A stretch of DNA of 64,000 nt from Polyangia bacterium (lineage in GTDB: Bacteria; Myxococcota_A; Polyangia; Fen-1088): positions 7,366 through 71,365 of the forward strand of contig DASRQZ010000072.1 of assembly GCA_035696125.1 (NCBI GenBank). The letters are read 5' to 3'. Positions 51,333 to 60,514 of this stretch are shown here, in pieces. Below the pieces are notes generated by a model, which saw nothing but the letters and a program-made list of their open reading frames with translations, did no database searches and was not told where the DNA came from. Within the stretch, counting starts at the first letter, position 1, and each line of letters opens with the position of its first letter. The position numbers and the translations under genes are program-made.

Positions 51333-51758
51333 TCAGACCGGCGCCGGCGCCGGCGGGTCGAGCCCGATCGCGAACGACCACTCCGGTGTCGGGTCGATCA
51401 GCCGCCGCCGCTCGAGATCGAACAGGCCGATGGTGAAGATCGCCTCGCAGGCGACGTTGCCGTCGCTCTTGCGCATCTGCTGGCGCAGCTTGCCGACCTT
51501 GCGCTCGTACGAGAGCATCTCGGTCCGGATCACGATCACCTCGCGCGCGCTCATCTCGCGCAGGAAGCGGATGTTGATCTCCAGGATGGTCGGTCCGGTG
51601 CGCGACCGACGGATGATGTCGATGCCGAAGCCACGCTCGGTGATGAGATCCCAGCGCGCCTGCTCCAGCAACTCGAGGTAGCGCGCGTTGTTGACGTGGC
51701 CGAACGAGTCCAGGTGTGCCTCGCTGACCACGATGGTCTTCTCGTGAACGTACGGCAT
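51333..51758 (-). CDS. Hotdog-fold acyl-CoA thioesterase (YbgC/4HBT family)
   Basis: SEAHLDSFGHVNNARYLELLEQAR (catalytic Asp/His region of 4HBT-type thioesterases). 141 aa. Confidence 0.8.
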   Translation of the reverse strand: MPYVHEKTIVVSEAHLDSFGHVNNARYLELLEQARWDLITERGFGIDIIRRSRTGPTILEINIRFLREMSAREVIVIRTEMLSYERKVGKLRQQMRKSDGNVACEAIFTIGLFDLERRRLIDPTPEWSFAIGLDPPAPAPV

Positions 51759-51781
51759 GGGGGCCGAGTTTTACCGTGGAC

Positions 51782-52270
51782 TCAGCCGAGTCGCAGGATA
51801 ATCTCGTCGTGCTCGTCGTAGAAACCGATGCCGTCGCACTGCACCATTCCGCCCGCCCGCTCGACGAACAGGCTCATGAGCCAACCGTTGGTCTCGTAGC
51901 CGCGCGCGCCCACGCCGCCGTCGGGGAACTCGACGACCAGCAGGAAGCGGGTGGCCTGGATCTGCGCCATCACCCGGGCGCGCGCCGGACTGTCGGGCAG
52001 CTCGCCGAGATCGGTGAGAAAGTCGGCGACCTCCTCACGTAGCCGAGCCGCGCCGGCCTGGTCGCCCGCGTGGTGGCAGCGCAGCACGAAGGGCGCCTCG
52101 TCGGGGTCGTACGAGACCTTGGCCTCGGTCCAGAACGGCGACAGGAGATCGGCAGCGGAGCGTCCGCCAGCGAGCATCACCGGCGTGCCGTGCTGACGCT
52201 GCCAGGCCACAAGCTCGGTCAGCGTGGGGGCGGTCGATTCGCGGCAGAAGACCCGGGTCGAGAACGGCAT
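51782..52270 (-). CDS. Hypothetical protein
   Basis: 162 aa with balanced composition. Abuts the upstream OMP-like gene (stop and start contiguous at 52270/52271). Confidence 0.5.
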   Translation of the reverse strand: MPFSTRVFCRESTAPTLTELVAWQRQHGTPVMLAGGRSAADLLSPFWTEAKVSYDPDEAPFVLRCHHAGDQAGAARLREEVADFLTDLGELPDSPARARVMAQIQATRFLLVVEFPDGGVGARGYETNGWLMSLFVERAGGMVQCDGIGFYDEHDEIILRLG

Positions 52271-53113
52271 TCAGATTTCAAGCATGAAGCCGATGCTGGG
52301 ATAAACAATCAAGGTCGAGAGCCTGGTGTCGTGCGCGGGTGGGTCGAACCCGGTCACCGTGGTGCGCGCGCTGCCGAAGGACTCGGCGATGGTCAGCTCC
52401 AGCGCGAAGAAGGCGTGCTTGTAGCCCAGCGCCACGCCGCCCTGACCACCGAGGTAAGTCGCGTGCCCGTCGAAGCGCGCCACCGTGAGGTCGTTGGGGA
52501 TCTTCAGCGTCAGCTGGGTCTCGAACCAGGTGACCAGCAGCTTTGGACCGAGCCAGACCCGCACGAAGTCGCGCGAGGTGCCGATCAAGAGCGGGACGTC
52601 GATCTGCCAGCGCGAGAAGTTGTTGAGCTCGAGTATCGGGATCTGATCCGAGACCGGGAACTCGTAGGAAAAGCGAGAGACGCCCAGCCCCACGGTCATG
52701 TCGAACGGACCGCTGTCACGCTTCAAGATCTGGTAGCGGCCGCCGAAACGGAACGCGTTCCCGGCGAAGCGGAGGTTGGCCTCGAGCCGATCGATCAAGG
52801 TGTAGGCGATCCCCAGGTGCGGCCCGACGGAGGGCGAGTTCACCACCAGGTTCACGCCCGCGTCCAGGATCTGCAGCTTCTGTGCGTCAGTCAGCATCGC
52901 GCCGCGCTCGGCGCGCGCCGACAGGTCCTTGGCGGTGTCGAGGGCGGTAAAGAACGCGCCCGTGGGAAAAGCGACCTCGAGGCCGCCCTCGGCCAGCACG
53001 TGTCCAGCCGGCGCCACATGGGCCGGTTGAAAAGTCGAGAGCGCCGGCGCACACGCCTGGGCCGATGTCACCACCAGCATGCCGCCGAGGAGCGGAAGAG
53101 AAGACGGTTTCAT
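52271..53113 (-). CDS. Putative outer-membrane beta-barrel protein
   Basis: Signal peptide (MKPSSLPLLGGMLVVTSAQA). Alternating amphipathic beta-strand pattern. C-terminus ...SIGFMLEI. 280 aa. Confidence 0.55.
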   Translation of the reverse strand: MKPSSLPLLGGMLVVTSAQACAPALSTFQPAHVAPAGHVLAEGGLEVAFPTGAFFTALDTAKDLSARAERGAMLTDAQKLQILDAGVNLVVNSPSVGPHLGIAYTLIDRLEANLRFAGNAFRFGGRYQILKRDSGPFDMTVGLGVSRFSYEFPVSDQIPILELNNFSRWQIDVPLLIGTSRDFVRVWLGPKLLVTWFETQLTLKIPNDLTVARFDGHATYLGGQGGVALGYKHAFFALELTIAESFGSARTTVTGFDPPAHDTRLSTLIVYPSIGFMLEI

Positions 53114-53158
53114 AGCTCAACCGTATCATCGAATGCGTGGTGTCCGCGGATCCCGGCC

Positions 53159-54034
53159 TCAGCGCCGGAACAGCCGGCGCCAGCGCGCCTCCAGCAGGGC
53201 GAACGCGCCTACCGCCAGCAGGCCGGCGGCGACCAGGCCCAGCAGCCAGTTTCCGTGGGGTAGCTCGCGGACGGCGTGCAGGGCGCCGGCCGGGCCCCGC
53301 GCCAGCTGGGGCGACCAGCGCGCGGCGGCCTTGATCAGGAAATACCCGACCGAGCCCAGGACGGTGGCGCGCGCCAGCAGCGCGAGGCGACCCACGGCCA
53401 GGACCACCAGGCGTTCCCGGTCGCTCATGTCCTCGACGCGCAAGCGCCGGCGGACGGCGTGGGGGCTGAAGGCCCGCACCACCTGCACCGCGGCGGCGAC
53501 CAGGATCGCGACCGCCACGCCGATCAGCAGCAGGCGGCCGAAGGGCGCCGACAGCACCCGCCCCGACCAGTGTCGTGCTTGGTGGTCCTTGTCGGCGTGG
53601 GCCTGGGCGCGCGCGCCCAGCGCCAGCGCACCGGCGGTCAGCGACAGGCCGAGATAGACGAGCGTGCTACCCGCGTTGGCGATGCGGCGCAGCCCCCGCC
53701 AGACCGGCCCGCGGTCGTCGTAGGGCTCGCTGATCAGCACCAGGACCGCCCGGAACGCCGCGTGCGCCAGCAGCGCCAGCGTCGCCACCATCAGGATCAG
53801 GCGCCCGGCGGGCGCGCGCGCGACCGCGGCCAGCGCGCCGCTGGGGTCGGTGGTCTCGCCGCCCCAGCCGGCGGCGGCCGCCGCCGCCAGGCCGCCGATC
53901 AGCAGGAATAGCGCCCCCTTGGCGATGTACCCGCCGCGCGCCACCCAGTCGGGCCAGGGCTCCGCCCACGAGAGCGCGCGCCGGGCCGCCCGGGGCGCCA
54001 TCGCCAGGGGATCGACGCGACGGAAGCGGAACAC
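53159..54034 (-). CDS. DUF1206 domain membrane protein
   Basis: Three repeated ~70-aa DUF1206-like units, each with a TM pair (GALFLLIGGLAAAAA; LILMVATLALLAHAAF; LLLIGVAVAILVAAA; LVVLAVGRLALLARATVLGSVGYFLIKAA). Confidence 0.65.
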   Translation of the reverse strand: MFRFRRVDPLAMAPRAARRALSWAEPWPDWVARGGYIAKGALFLLIGGLAAAAAAGWGGETTDPSGALAAVARAPAGRLILMVATLALLAHAAFRAVLVLISEPYDDRGPVWRGLRRIANAGSTLVYLGLSLTAGALALGARAQAHADKDHQARHWSGRVLSAPFGRLLLIGVAVAILVAAAVQVVRAFSPHAVRRRLRVEDMSDRERLVVLAVGRLALLARATVLGSVGYFLIKAAARWSPQLARGPAGALHAVRELPHGNWLLGLVAAGLLAVGAFALLEARWRRLFRR

Positions 54035-54195
54035 CGCAGCAAGGTGTTACGCGCGGTCGAGTTGTCAATGGCCGGCGGCCGGGCCGTGGGGATCGTCCGA
54101 TCAACGACCAAGGCCGGGCGAGCTTGCTCCCGAGGACGACAGTGGCGCACCCCGCCCGCTGTCGACGCACGTGTGCTGCGCCCCGAATACCCGCG

Positions 54196-54225
54196 AGCCG
54201 CACAGCGTTGGCGGCTCGCGTCGCG
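54196..54225. promoter_or_regulatory. Hairpin/direct-repeat motif in the divergent promoter region between the DUF1206 and PBP genes
   Basis: CGCGAGCCGC-ACAGCGTTG-GCGGCTCGCG (10-bp stem), followed by a second CGCGAGCCGCA copy. Confidence 0.25.
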
Positions 54226-54293
54226 AGCCGCAACTTCGTTCGCAGCCGCACACTCTTTAGTTCCCGAGAAGGCGGACCGATGACCAGAGAACA

Positions 54294-55652
54294 GTGGTCA
54301 GGTGTCTTTCAGGCTTCGCCTTCTTGGCCTTCTATTTCCTGGCCATAGTTCCCGCGCCGCAGCACCTGCAGCTGCCACCGCAGGCGGTGTCGTCGTCGGC
54401 CAACGAGGGCGCCATCTCCTGCGAAGCCGGCGACCAGGGCCGCGATGACAACCGCCCCGACCCACTGCGCGCCGACAGCGTGCGCCGCGAAGGCGGCCGC
54501 TATCTGGCCGATCGCGAGAGCGGCGCGATCGCCGAGCTGACGCTGAACCCACGACTGCAGGCGGCGACCGAGAAGCAGCTGGAGCGCTCGCAGATCCAGT
54601 ACGGCGCGTCGGTCGTGCTCTCCATCCCCGACGGCCGGGTGCTGGCGCTCGCCGGACGCTCGGCGCTGGATGCGCGCGCGGGCGGAATCGAGCTGGCGCT
54701 GCGCTCCTGGGCGCCGGCGGCCTCGGTGTTCAAGCTGGTGTCGGCGGCGGCGCTGGTCGAGCAGGCGGGCCTGACCGGCGATAGCCGCGTCTGCTACCAC
54801 GGCGGTGTGTCGTCAGTGCGCCGCGACAACCTCGTCGACTACCCGCGGATCGATCGCTGCGCTTCGCTGGCCTACGGCATCGGCAAATCGCAGAATGCGA
54901 TCCTGGCCAAGCTGGCGATCCAGCACCTGTCGCCCGAGCAACTGGCGCGCACCGGTCATGCGCTCGGCTTCGGCGAGCCGCTGCAGTTCGACCTGCCGGT
55001 CGAACAGTCGCACCTCGATGTACCGGAGGGCGATCCGCTGGAGTTCGCGCGCACGGCCGCCGGGTTCTGGCACTCGACGCTGTCGCCGCTGCACGGCGCG
55101 CTGCTGGCGGCGGCGATCGCCGGTGGCGGCCGGATGGTGGCGCCCTATTTGATCGAACGCGACCGCCAGCTGGGCGACGACGGCCAGACCGTGGCGGCGG
55201 GCAGGCTGCCGCCGCGCCAGGCGCTGTCGCCCGAGACCGCCGCCGCGGTGGCCGAGATGATGGCCGGCGTGACCCGCATGGGCACGGCGCGCTCCTCGTT
55301 CCACGACCGTCTCGGGCGGCAACGCCTGCCATTCTCGACGGCGGGCAAGACCGGCACGCTGTACGGAAAGACCGACCGCGGCTTCGTCGGCTACAGCTGG
55401 TTCGTGGGCTTTGCGCCCGTGGAGCATCCGACGGTGGCGTTCGCAGTGGCGCTGGCCAACAAGCCGGGCCGCCGGCTGCGCGCCTCCGACGTCGCGCGCG
55501 AGCTGCTGGCCGAGTACGCCATGGCCGACGGGCCGACCCCGGACGCGCTCGCGCAGGCCGCGCGCTCGGCAAGCTCGGCGACGCCGACGCGCTGGAGCAA
55601 GCGGCGCCACCAGGGACGCGCCAGCGCCAGCGCCGCCGGGCGCCGCGGCTGA
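54294..55652 (+). CDS. Penicillin-binding protein transpeptidase domain protein
   Basis: GTG start with an N-terminal hydrophobic anchor. SxxK (ASVFK), SxN (KSQN) and KTG (KTGTLYG) motifs in the correct order. Confidence 0.8.
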   Translation: MVRCLSGFAFLAFYFLAIVPAPQHLQLPPQAVSSSANEGAISCEAGDQGRDDNRPDPLRADSVRREGGRYLADRESGAIAELTLNPRLQAATEKQLERSQIQYGASVVLSIPDGRVLALAGRSALDARAGGIELALRSWAPAASVFKLVSAAALVEQAGLTGDSRVCYHGGVSSVRRDNLVDYPRIDRCASLAYGIGKSQNAILAKLAIQHLSPEQLARTGHALGFGEPLQFDLPVEQSHLDVPEGDPLEFARTAAGFWHSTLSPLHGALLAAAIAGGGRMVAPYLIERDRQLGDDGQTVAAGRLPPRQALSPETAAAVAEMMAGVTRMGTARSSFHDRLGRQRLPFSTAGKTGTLYGKTDRGFVGYSWFVGFAPVEHPTVAFAVALANKPGRRLRASDVARELLAEYAMADGPTPDALAQAARSASSATPTRWSKRRHQGRASASAAGRRG

Positions 55653-55699
55653 TCTCCCGCCTGGAGCACCGAACGGCTTGATAGCTGGGTCACCGCGCC

Positions 55700-55785
55700 T
55701 CGAGGGGCCTCTGGCTTCGGGCCTCGGACCTCCAGTGACGAGTCCTCCAGAGGTCTGAGGCCCGAGGCCCTCAACCAGCTGATGA
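55700..55785. repeat. Imperfect hairpin between convergent PBP and serA genes; shares a 20-mer with a site at 46461-46489
   Basis: Stem TCGGGCCTCGGACCT / AGGTCTGAGGCCCGA (one G-U pair). The motif GAGGCCCGAGGCCCTCAACC recurs as CCGAGGCCCGAGGTCCGAGGCCCTTAACC at 46461-46489, which is also between convergent genes. Confidence 0.5.
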
Positions 55786-55857
55786 CGGCTCATTCAAACC
55801 GTTCGGTGTTCTGGGTCTAGGTGTGGGTTCGCCGCCGAGCGGCGCGAGGCCCGGCGA

Positions 55858-57084
55858 TCAGATGATGCGGGTACGGATGTTGGTGGGCAGCGCGGCGATG
55901 CGCTGGTGCACCTCGGCCGATACGTCCTGGTCCAGGTCCATCACCAGGTAGCCGACGTCGGGGTCGGTGGCCAGCGTCTGGCTGCGGATGTTGGCCTGCA
56001 GATCGGAGACGATGCGGTTGATGTCGCGCAGCACGCCCGGCACGTTGCGGTGCACGTTGAGGATGCGGCGCGCGCCCGCCAGCGGCGGCGGCTCGACGAC
56101 CGGGAAGCTGACCGCGCCCGAGGTCGCGCCCGTGCGCACCAGCTTGATCAGCGCCGTCGCCACCTCGCGCCCGATGGCGGCCTGCGCCTCGGTGGTCGAA
56201 CCGCCGATGTGGGGCGTGAGGATCACGTTGGGCAGCCGCTGCAGCGCGGTCTGGAAGCCGTCGCGGTTCGACTCCGGCTCTTCGGGGTAGACGTCGACCG
56301 CCGCGCCGCCCAGGTGCCCCGCGCGCAGCGATTCGGCCAGCGCCGGGATCACCACCACCGTGCCACGGCTGGCGTTGAGCAGGTAGCTCCCCTTCTTCAT
56401 CGCCGCCAGCTCGGCGGCGCCGATCATGTTCCGGGTCTCGGGTGTCTCGGGTACGTGCAGCGACACGAAGTCGGCGCGCGCCAGCAGATCGCGCAGCGAC
56501 TCTGCCGCGACGTTGTTGCCCATGGGCAGCTTGGCGGTGTGGTCGTGAAAGATGACCCGCATGCCCAGCCCCTCGGCCAGCACGCCCAGCTGGCGCCCGA
56601 TGTGACCATAGCCGACGATGCCCAGCGTCTTGCCCCGCACCTCGAAGCACTGAGCGGCCACCTTGCGCCAGGTGCCGTCATGCACCTCGCGCGAGCGATC
56701 GCCAAGCTGGCGGCCGAGCGCGATGATCTCGGCGATCATCAGCTCGGCGACGCTGCGGGTGTTGGAGAAAGGTGCGTTGAAGACCGGAATGCCGCTGCGG
56801 TTGGCGGCCGTGAGGTCGACCTGATTGGTGCCGATGCAAAAGCAGCCGAGCGCCAGCAACGAAGATCCTTCGAGCACGCGCGCCGGCACCTGGGTCTTGG
56901 ATCGGATGCCCAGGATGTCGACGCCGTCCAACCGCCGCGCCAGCTCGTCGGCGGGCAGCGAGTGCGCCAGCGCCTCGACCGCGAACCCCTCGGCGGTGAG
57001 GAGAGAGATCGCGCTTGCGCTCACGTTCTCGAGCAGGAGCACGCGGGTGGCGGCGCGGGGATCGGTGGCGGGACCAGCGGACAC
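55858..57084 (-). CDS. serA: D-3-phosphoglycerate dehydrogenase with C-terminal ACT domain
   Basis: NAD-binding GIVGYGHIGRQLG. Catalytic His/Arg region (LNASRGTVVV...HIGGST). C-terminal ACT (ILNVHRNVPGVLRDINRIVSDL). 408 aa. Confidence 0.9.
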   Translation of the reverse strand: MSAGPATDPRAATRVLLLENVSASAISLLTAEGFAVEALAHSLPADELARRLDGVDILGIRSKTQVPARVLEGSSLLALGCFCIGTNQVDLTAANRSGIPVFNAPFSNTRSVAELMIAEIIALGRQLGDRSREVHDGTWRKVAAQCFEVRGKTLGIVGYGHIGRQLGVLAEGLGMRVIFHDHTAKLPMGNNVAAESLRDLLARADFVSLHVPETPETRNMIGAAELAAMKKGSYLLNASRGTVVVIPALAESLRAGHLGGAAVDVYPEEPESNRDGFQTALQRLPNVILTPHIGGSTTEAQAAIGREVATALIKLVRTGATSGAVSFPVVEPPPLAGARRILNVHRNVPGVLRDINRIVSDLQANIRSQTLATDPDVGYLVMDLDQDVSAEVHQRIAALPTNIRTRII

Positions 57085-57129
57085 GGATCCACGATAAACG
57101 AGGTCTCGCGGCGGAGCGAGCGCCGCGCG

Positions 57130-57215
57130 TCCCGATCCCCGTGGGCGTCGGCGTCGGCGTCAGCGTGGGCGGCTCGAACGGGTAGGAGCCGGCCGACGCC
57201 GACGCCGACGCCCAC
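57130..57215. repeat. (GCGTCG)n/(GACGCC)n hairpin element upstream of serA
   Basis: GATCCCCGTGGGCGTCGGCGTCGGCGTCAGCGTGGG...loop CGGCTCGAACGGGTAGGAGCCG...GCCGACGCCGACGCCGACGCCCACGGATC. Terminal inverted repeats GATCC(CC)GTGGG. Same family as the elements at 7366, 12119 and 61160. Confidence 0.8.
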
Positions 57216-57242
57216 GGATCGCGTTCGTTCGCGCGCCAGCTC

Positions 57243-58106
57243 TCAGAACACCGTGCCCGCGCCCAGCAAGCTGATCATTCCCAGGTGCTGCCCGGGCACC
57301 AGCCGGTATTTCAGCGCGGTCGCGCCCGCGCTGGCACTGACCACGAACCGGCCGAGCGCGTAGGTCGCGACGGGGCCGGCGTCGACCTCCCATTCGGGCT
57401 CGCCGGGCGGCTCGTGCTGGTCACGTTCCAGATCGATCCGGAAGCGGGAATCGAGGCCGACGTGCAGATCCCTGGTCACCGGCCGCAGACCCGCCAGGCG
57501 CAGGTCGCCAAAGCGCTCGCCCTCCACGGTGCCCACCCCGTACGCGGCGTTGGCCAGCAGCCGGGTCGATCCCAGCAGGCGAGCCGCGGCGACGCGGGCG
57601 ATGATCGCGGGCTTCAGGTTGAACCCCTGCGCCTCGTAGCCCACCGAGCCGGCCAGGTCGATGCCGTGTCGCTCCTGGCGAAGCGCGTCGACGCGCACCG
57701 CGAAATCGGGGCGCATGGTTCCGCTTGGCCCCAGGTAAGTGCTGCCCCCGCGCAACGACACCCGACCGAAGAGCTCAACCTCGGCCGTGGCCTGCCACAA
57801 ACTGCCCCGGCGCGCGGAATCGTAGCCACCCTGCACCAGGGCCAGCGCGCGCTGGCTGTCGACGCGCGCCGCCATCGACCAGGGCAGGAAGGCCCCGGCC
57901 GCGACTCCGGCGGCCGCGTCGGCGGTCCGCGGCGCTGCGGATTGATCGTCGTCGGTGGCCGCGTCGTCGGCCGCCGCCGAAGGACGTGACCAGGCCCGCG
58001 CCTCGCACAGGCCCACGACCCAAAATAGACACAACGATAGACACAACGACAGGCTCAGCGACGGCCTCAGCGAAAACGAGCGGGGCGATAGCAGCCTGGA
58101 CGACAT
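57243..58106 (-). CDS. Hypothetical secreted protein
   Basis: Signal-like N-terminus (LSLSLCLSLCLFWVVGLCEA) encoded by short 12-bp tandem DNA repeats. Predicted beta-rich C-terminus. No domain recognized. Confidence 0.45.
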   Translation of the reverse strand: MSSRLLSPRSFSLRPSLSLSLCLSLCLFWVVGLCEARAWSRPSAAADDAATDDDQSAAPRTADAAAGVAAGAFLPWSMAARVDSQRALALVQGGYDSARRGSLWQATAEVELFGRVSLRGGSTYLGPSGTMRPDFAVRVDALRQERHGIDLAGSVGYEAQGFNLKPAIIARVAAARLLGSTRLLANAAYGVGTVEGERFGDLRLAGLRPVTRDLHVGLDSRFRIDLERDQHEPPGEPEWEVDAGPVATYALGRFVVSASAGATALKYRLVPGQHLGMISLLGAGTVF

Positions 58107-58252
58107 CGAAACTCCGAGCCCGGCGTGATGATCCCGGACCGCAGTCGGAAGGCTAGCAGGTCAGGACCGGGCAGGAAACGACCTGCTGGTCACGACGAGG
58201 GTGGGTCACTGGACGGTTGCGCTCTGCTGCGGGTTTGCCGGCGGGCCGGCTA

Positions 58253-58729
58253 TCAGCCCGCGCTCATCTTGTCGAGGCGGCGGCGCATCTCCTCGGGCGA
58301 GACGTCCTCGATGCGGGTCGCCAGCGTCCACACATGGCCGAAGGGATCGGCGAAGGTGCCGCTGCGGTCGCCGTAAAATTGGTCTTCCACCGGCCGCTTG
58401 ATCGCGCCGCCCGCTTCGATCGCGCGCCGGAAGGCGGCGTCGACGTCGGGCAAGTAGACGTGCAGGCCAAAGGTGGTGCCGCCCAGCGTGCGCGGGCTGC
58501 GCGCCACGGCGTCGGGCATGTCCGGCATCTCGTCGGCCAGCATCAGGCGCGAGTCGCCGATGCGCAGCTCGGCGTGACCGACCCGGCCGTCTGGCATGTC
58601 CAGGCGGTAGAGCTCCTCGGCGCCCAGCGCCGCCCTGTAGAAGGCGATCGCCTCGGCGGCGCCTTTGACGCTGATATACGGGGTCAGGCTGTGAAAGCCC
58701 GCGGGGATCGGTTTCGCCGGTTGCGCCAT
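58253..58729 (-). CDS. VOC-family protein (PhnB/glyoxalase-like)
   Basis: YISVKGAAEAIAFYRAALGAEE...GHAELRIGDS...DPFGHVWTL are classic glyoxalase-fold motifs. 158 aa. Confidence 0.85.
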   Translation of the reverse strand: MAQPAKPIPAGFHSLTPYISVKGAAEAIAFYRAALGAEELYRLDMPDGRVGHAELRIGDSRLMLADEMPDMPDAVARSPRTLGGTTFGLHVYLPDVDAAFRRAIEAGGAIKRPVEDQFYGDRSGTFADPFGHVWTLATRIEDVSPEEMRRRLDKMSAG

Positions 58730-58780
58730 GGTTACCTCCTGGTGGTCCGAGTCGAGGCCAGGCTGGCCGGACCAGCCGGG

Positions 58781-59380
58781 TCACTCGTGCGGTTCGCTGC
58801 CCGCGCCGACGCCGCTACTTTGCCAGACGTCGCGAAAAGCTGCCAGCGCAGGCCAGCGGACGAGATCGACGACGTTCCGGAACGCGATCCAGTCGAGCGC
58901 GCACCCCAGCGACAACCCCGCCGCGCCCAGCGGTCGGAGGAAAGGAATCGCGCGCGCCTCGAGCCAGCCCAGCGCGCGCTCGACGCGCAGCCGCTGCTTG
59001 GCGATGTAGCCCGCGTCGGAGAATCCGTCCAGACGCAGGTAACGGTGATTGATCGCGGCGTCGAGCGCACCCTCGACGACCACCTGCAAGGCGCGGTCGT
59101 CCCAGGCCAGCGGGTCGAGGTCGAAGCCGGCGGCGCGCAGCGCCTCACCCTGCGTGGTCCACAGCCAGCTGCTGATCAGCGCCGAGTCCGGGATGATCTG
59201 GCCGTGGCCGTCGTCGCCGGTGATGAGGACGGGGATCTTGCCGAGCGGGGCAACCCGCGCCAGCGCCGCCGCCCCCACCTCGGTGCGGATGTCGATCAGC
59301 TGATGGGGGCGCCCGATCGCGGTCAGCAGGATGCGCGCCTTGCGCGTATAGGGGGACGTCGTCGTGCCGAGCAGCTGCAT
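58781..59380 (-). CDS. Glutathione S-transferase family protein
   Basis: N-terminal thioredoxin-like GST domain (LLGTTTSPYTRKARILL...GKIPVLI). C-terminal helical domain. 199 aa. Confidence 0.75.
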   Translation of the reverse strand: MQLLGTTTSPYTRKARILLTAIGRPHQLIDIRTEVGAAALARVAPLGKIPVLITGDDGHGQIIPDSALISSWLWTTQGEALRAAGFDLDPLAWDDRALQVVVEGALDAAINHRYLRLDGFSDAGYIAKQRLRVERALGWLEARAIPFLRPLGAAGLSLGCALDWIAFRNVVDLVRWPALAAFRDVWQSSGVGAGSEPHE

Positions 59381-59445
59381 CGCGCGCAGCTTCTAGCATA
59401 CGTTATATGAGAATCCCGTCTGCGCCGTGATACGTTCCAAAGACG

Positions 59446-60072
59446 ATGCCCAAGATCCAGACCAAGCGCGGATCCCTCCGCGAAACCCCCATCCCGCCCG
59501 GGGACGAAGTCGGGGCGGCCGAGCTCACCGCTCGCGTGGCCGAGAACCTGCGCGAGCAGCGCCGGCGCCGTGACATGTCGCTCGACCAGCTCGCGCAGCG
59601 CACGGGCGTGAGCCGCGCCGGTCTCTCGCAGATCGAGACCCGCAAGACCAATCCCTCGATCGGCGTGCTGTGGAAGATCGCCTCCGGCCTCGGCATCCCG
59701 TTCGCGGAGCTGATCGGCGAAGGCCAGCCGGCGCTGGCGGTGCTGCGCCGGAACGACGGCCAGGTGCTGCGCTCGACGGATCGCAAGTTCGAGAGCCGCC
59801 CGCTGATGCCGGCCTCGGGCAACAACCAGGTCGAGGTCTACGAGCTGCGCATGGCGGCGCGATCACGCCACGAGTCCGAGCCGCACGGCCCCGGCACCCG
59901 TGAGCTGATCGTCGTGCTCAGCGGATCCCTGCGCATGGTGGTCGGCGAGCAGAGCGAAGAGCTGGCCGCCGGCGACTCGATGCTCTTCGACGCCAACAGC
60001 CCGCACGTCTACGAGAACCCCGGCGGCGCCGAGGCCCGCTACCACAACGTGATCATCTACCCGCTGCGCTAG
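59446..60072 (+). CDS. XRE-family transcriptional regulator with C-terminal cupin domain
   Basis: HTH_3 (LREQRRRRDMSLDQLAQRTGVSRAGLSQIE). Cupin_2 C-terminal half (ELIVVLSGSLRMVVGEQSEELAAGDSMLFDANSPHVYEN). Confidence 0.85.
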   Translation: MPKIQTKRGSLRETPIPPGDEVGAAELTARVAENLREQRRRRDMSLDQLAQRTGVSRAGLSQIETRKTNPSIGVLWKIASGLGIPFAELIGEGQPALAVLRRNDGQVLRSTDRKFESRPLMPASGNNQVEVYELRMAARSRHESEPHGPGTRELIVVLSGSLRMVVGEQSEELAAGDSMLFDANSPHVYENPGGAEARYHNVIIYPLR

Positions 60073-60512
60073 CGCGCGACGTTGACGGCGACGGCGCGCC
60101 GGGCCCGCTGTCGCAGCTGCAGCTCGGCCAGCAGCCCACCCGTGACCATGGCGGCCACCACGGCCCAGGCGCGCCCGGCGCCGAAGCCCAGCGACACGAT
60201 CGCGGGCCCTGGGCAGTAACCGGTGAGACCCCACCCGACCCCGAAGATCGCGGCGCCGACGACCAGCTGCCGGTCGATGCCGGCTCGCGACGCGTTCGCG
60301 GGGGCCGCGGCACCTCCACGTCGGGCCAGCCAGCGCAGGAGCAGGCCGTGGGTGACGACCGCGCCGCCCATCACGGCGAGCAGCGCGGGGTTCCAGGGAC
60401 CACCTGCGCCGCCGAAGTCGAGGAAGCCCACGATCTTCGACGGGTCGATCATGCTGGACGCCACCAGCCCGGCGCCGAAGATCAACCCGGCGGCATACGC
60501 GGTCGCCGTACG
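60069..60512 (-). CDS. YeeE/YedE-family (DUF395) sulfur-compound transporter, half-size subunit
   Basis: ...GLIFGAGLVASSMIDPSKIVGFLDFGG...FGVGWGLTGYCPGP (GYCPG motif). Start uncertain since there is no ATG at the expected N-terminus; placed just after the upstream partner's stop. Confidence 0.65.
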   Translation of the reverse strand, partial: RTATAYAAGLIFGAGLVASSMIDPSKIVGFLDFGGAGGPWNPALLAVMGGAVVTHGLLLRWLARRGGAAAPANASRAGIDRQLVVGAAIFGVGWGLTGYCPGPAIVSLGFGAGRAWAVVAAMVTGGLLAELQLRQRARRAVAVNVAR

Positions 60513-60514
60513 CC

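Noticed and set aside
58150-58195. Hairpin AGCAGGTC...GACCTGCT downstream of the VOC gene as an intrinsic terminator
   Set aside because: The stem is only 8 bp with a 21-nt loop and no U-tract. It is too weak to call.
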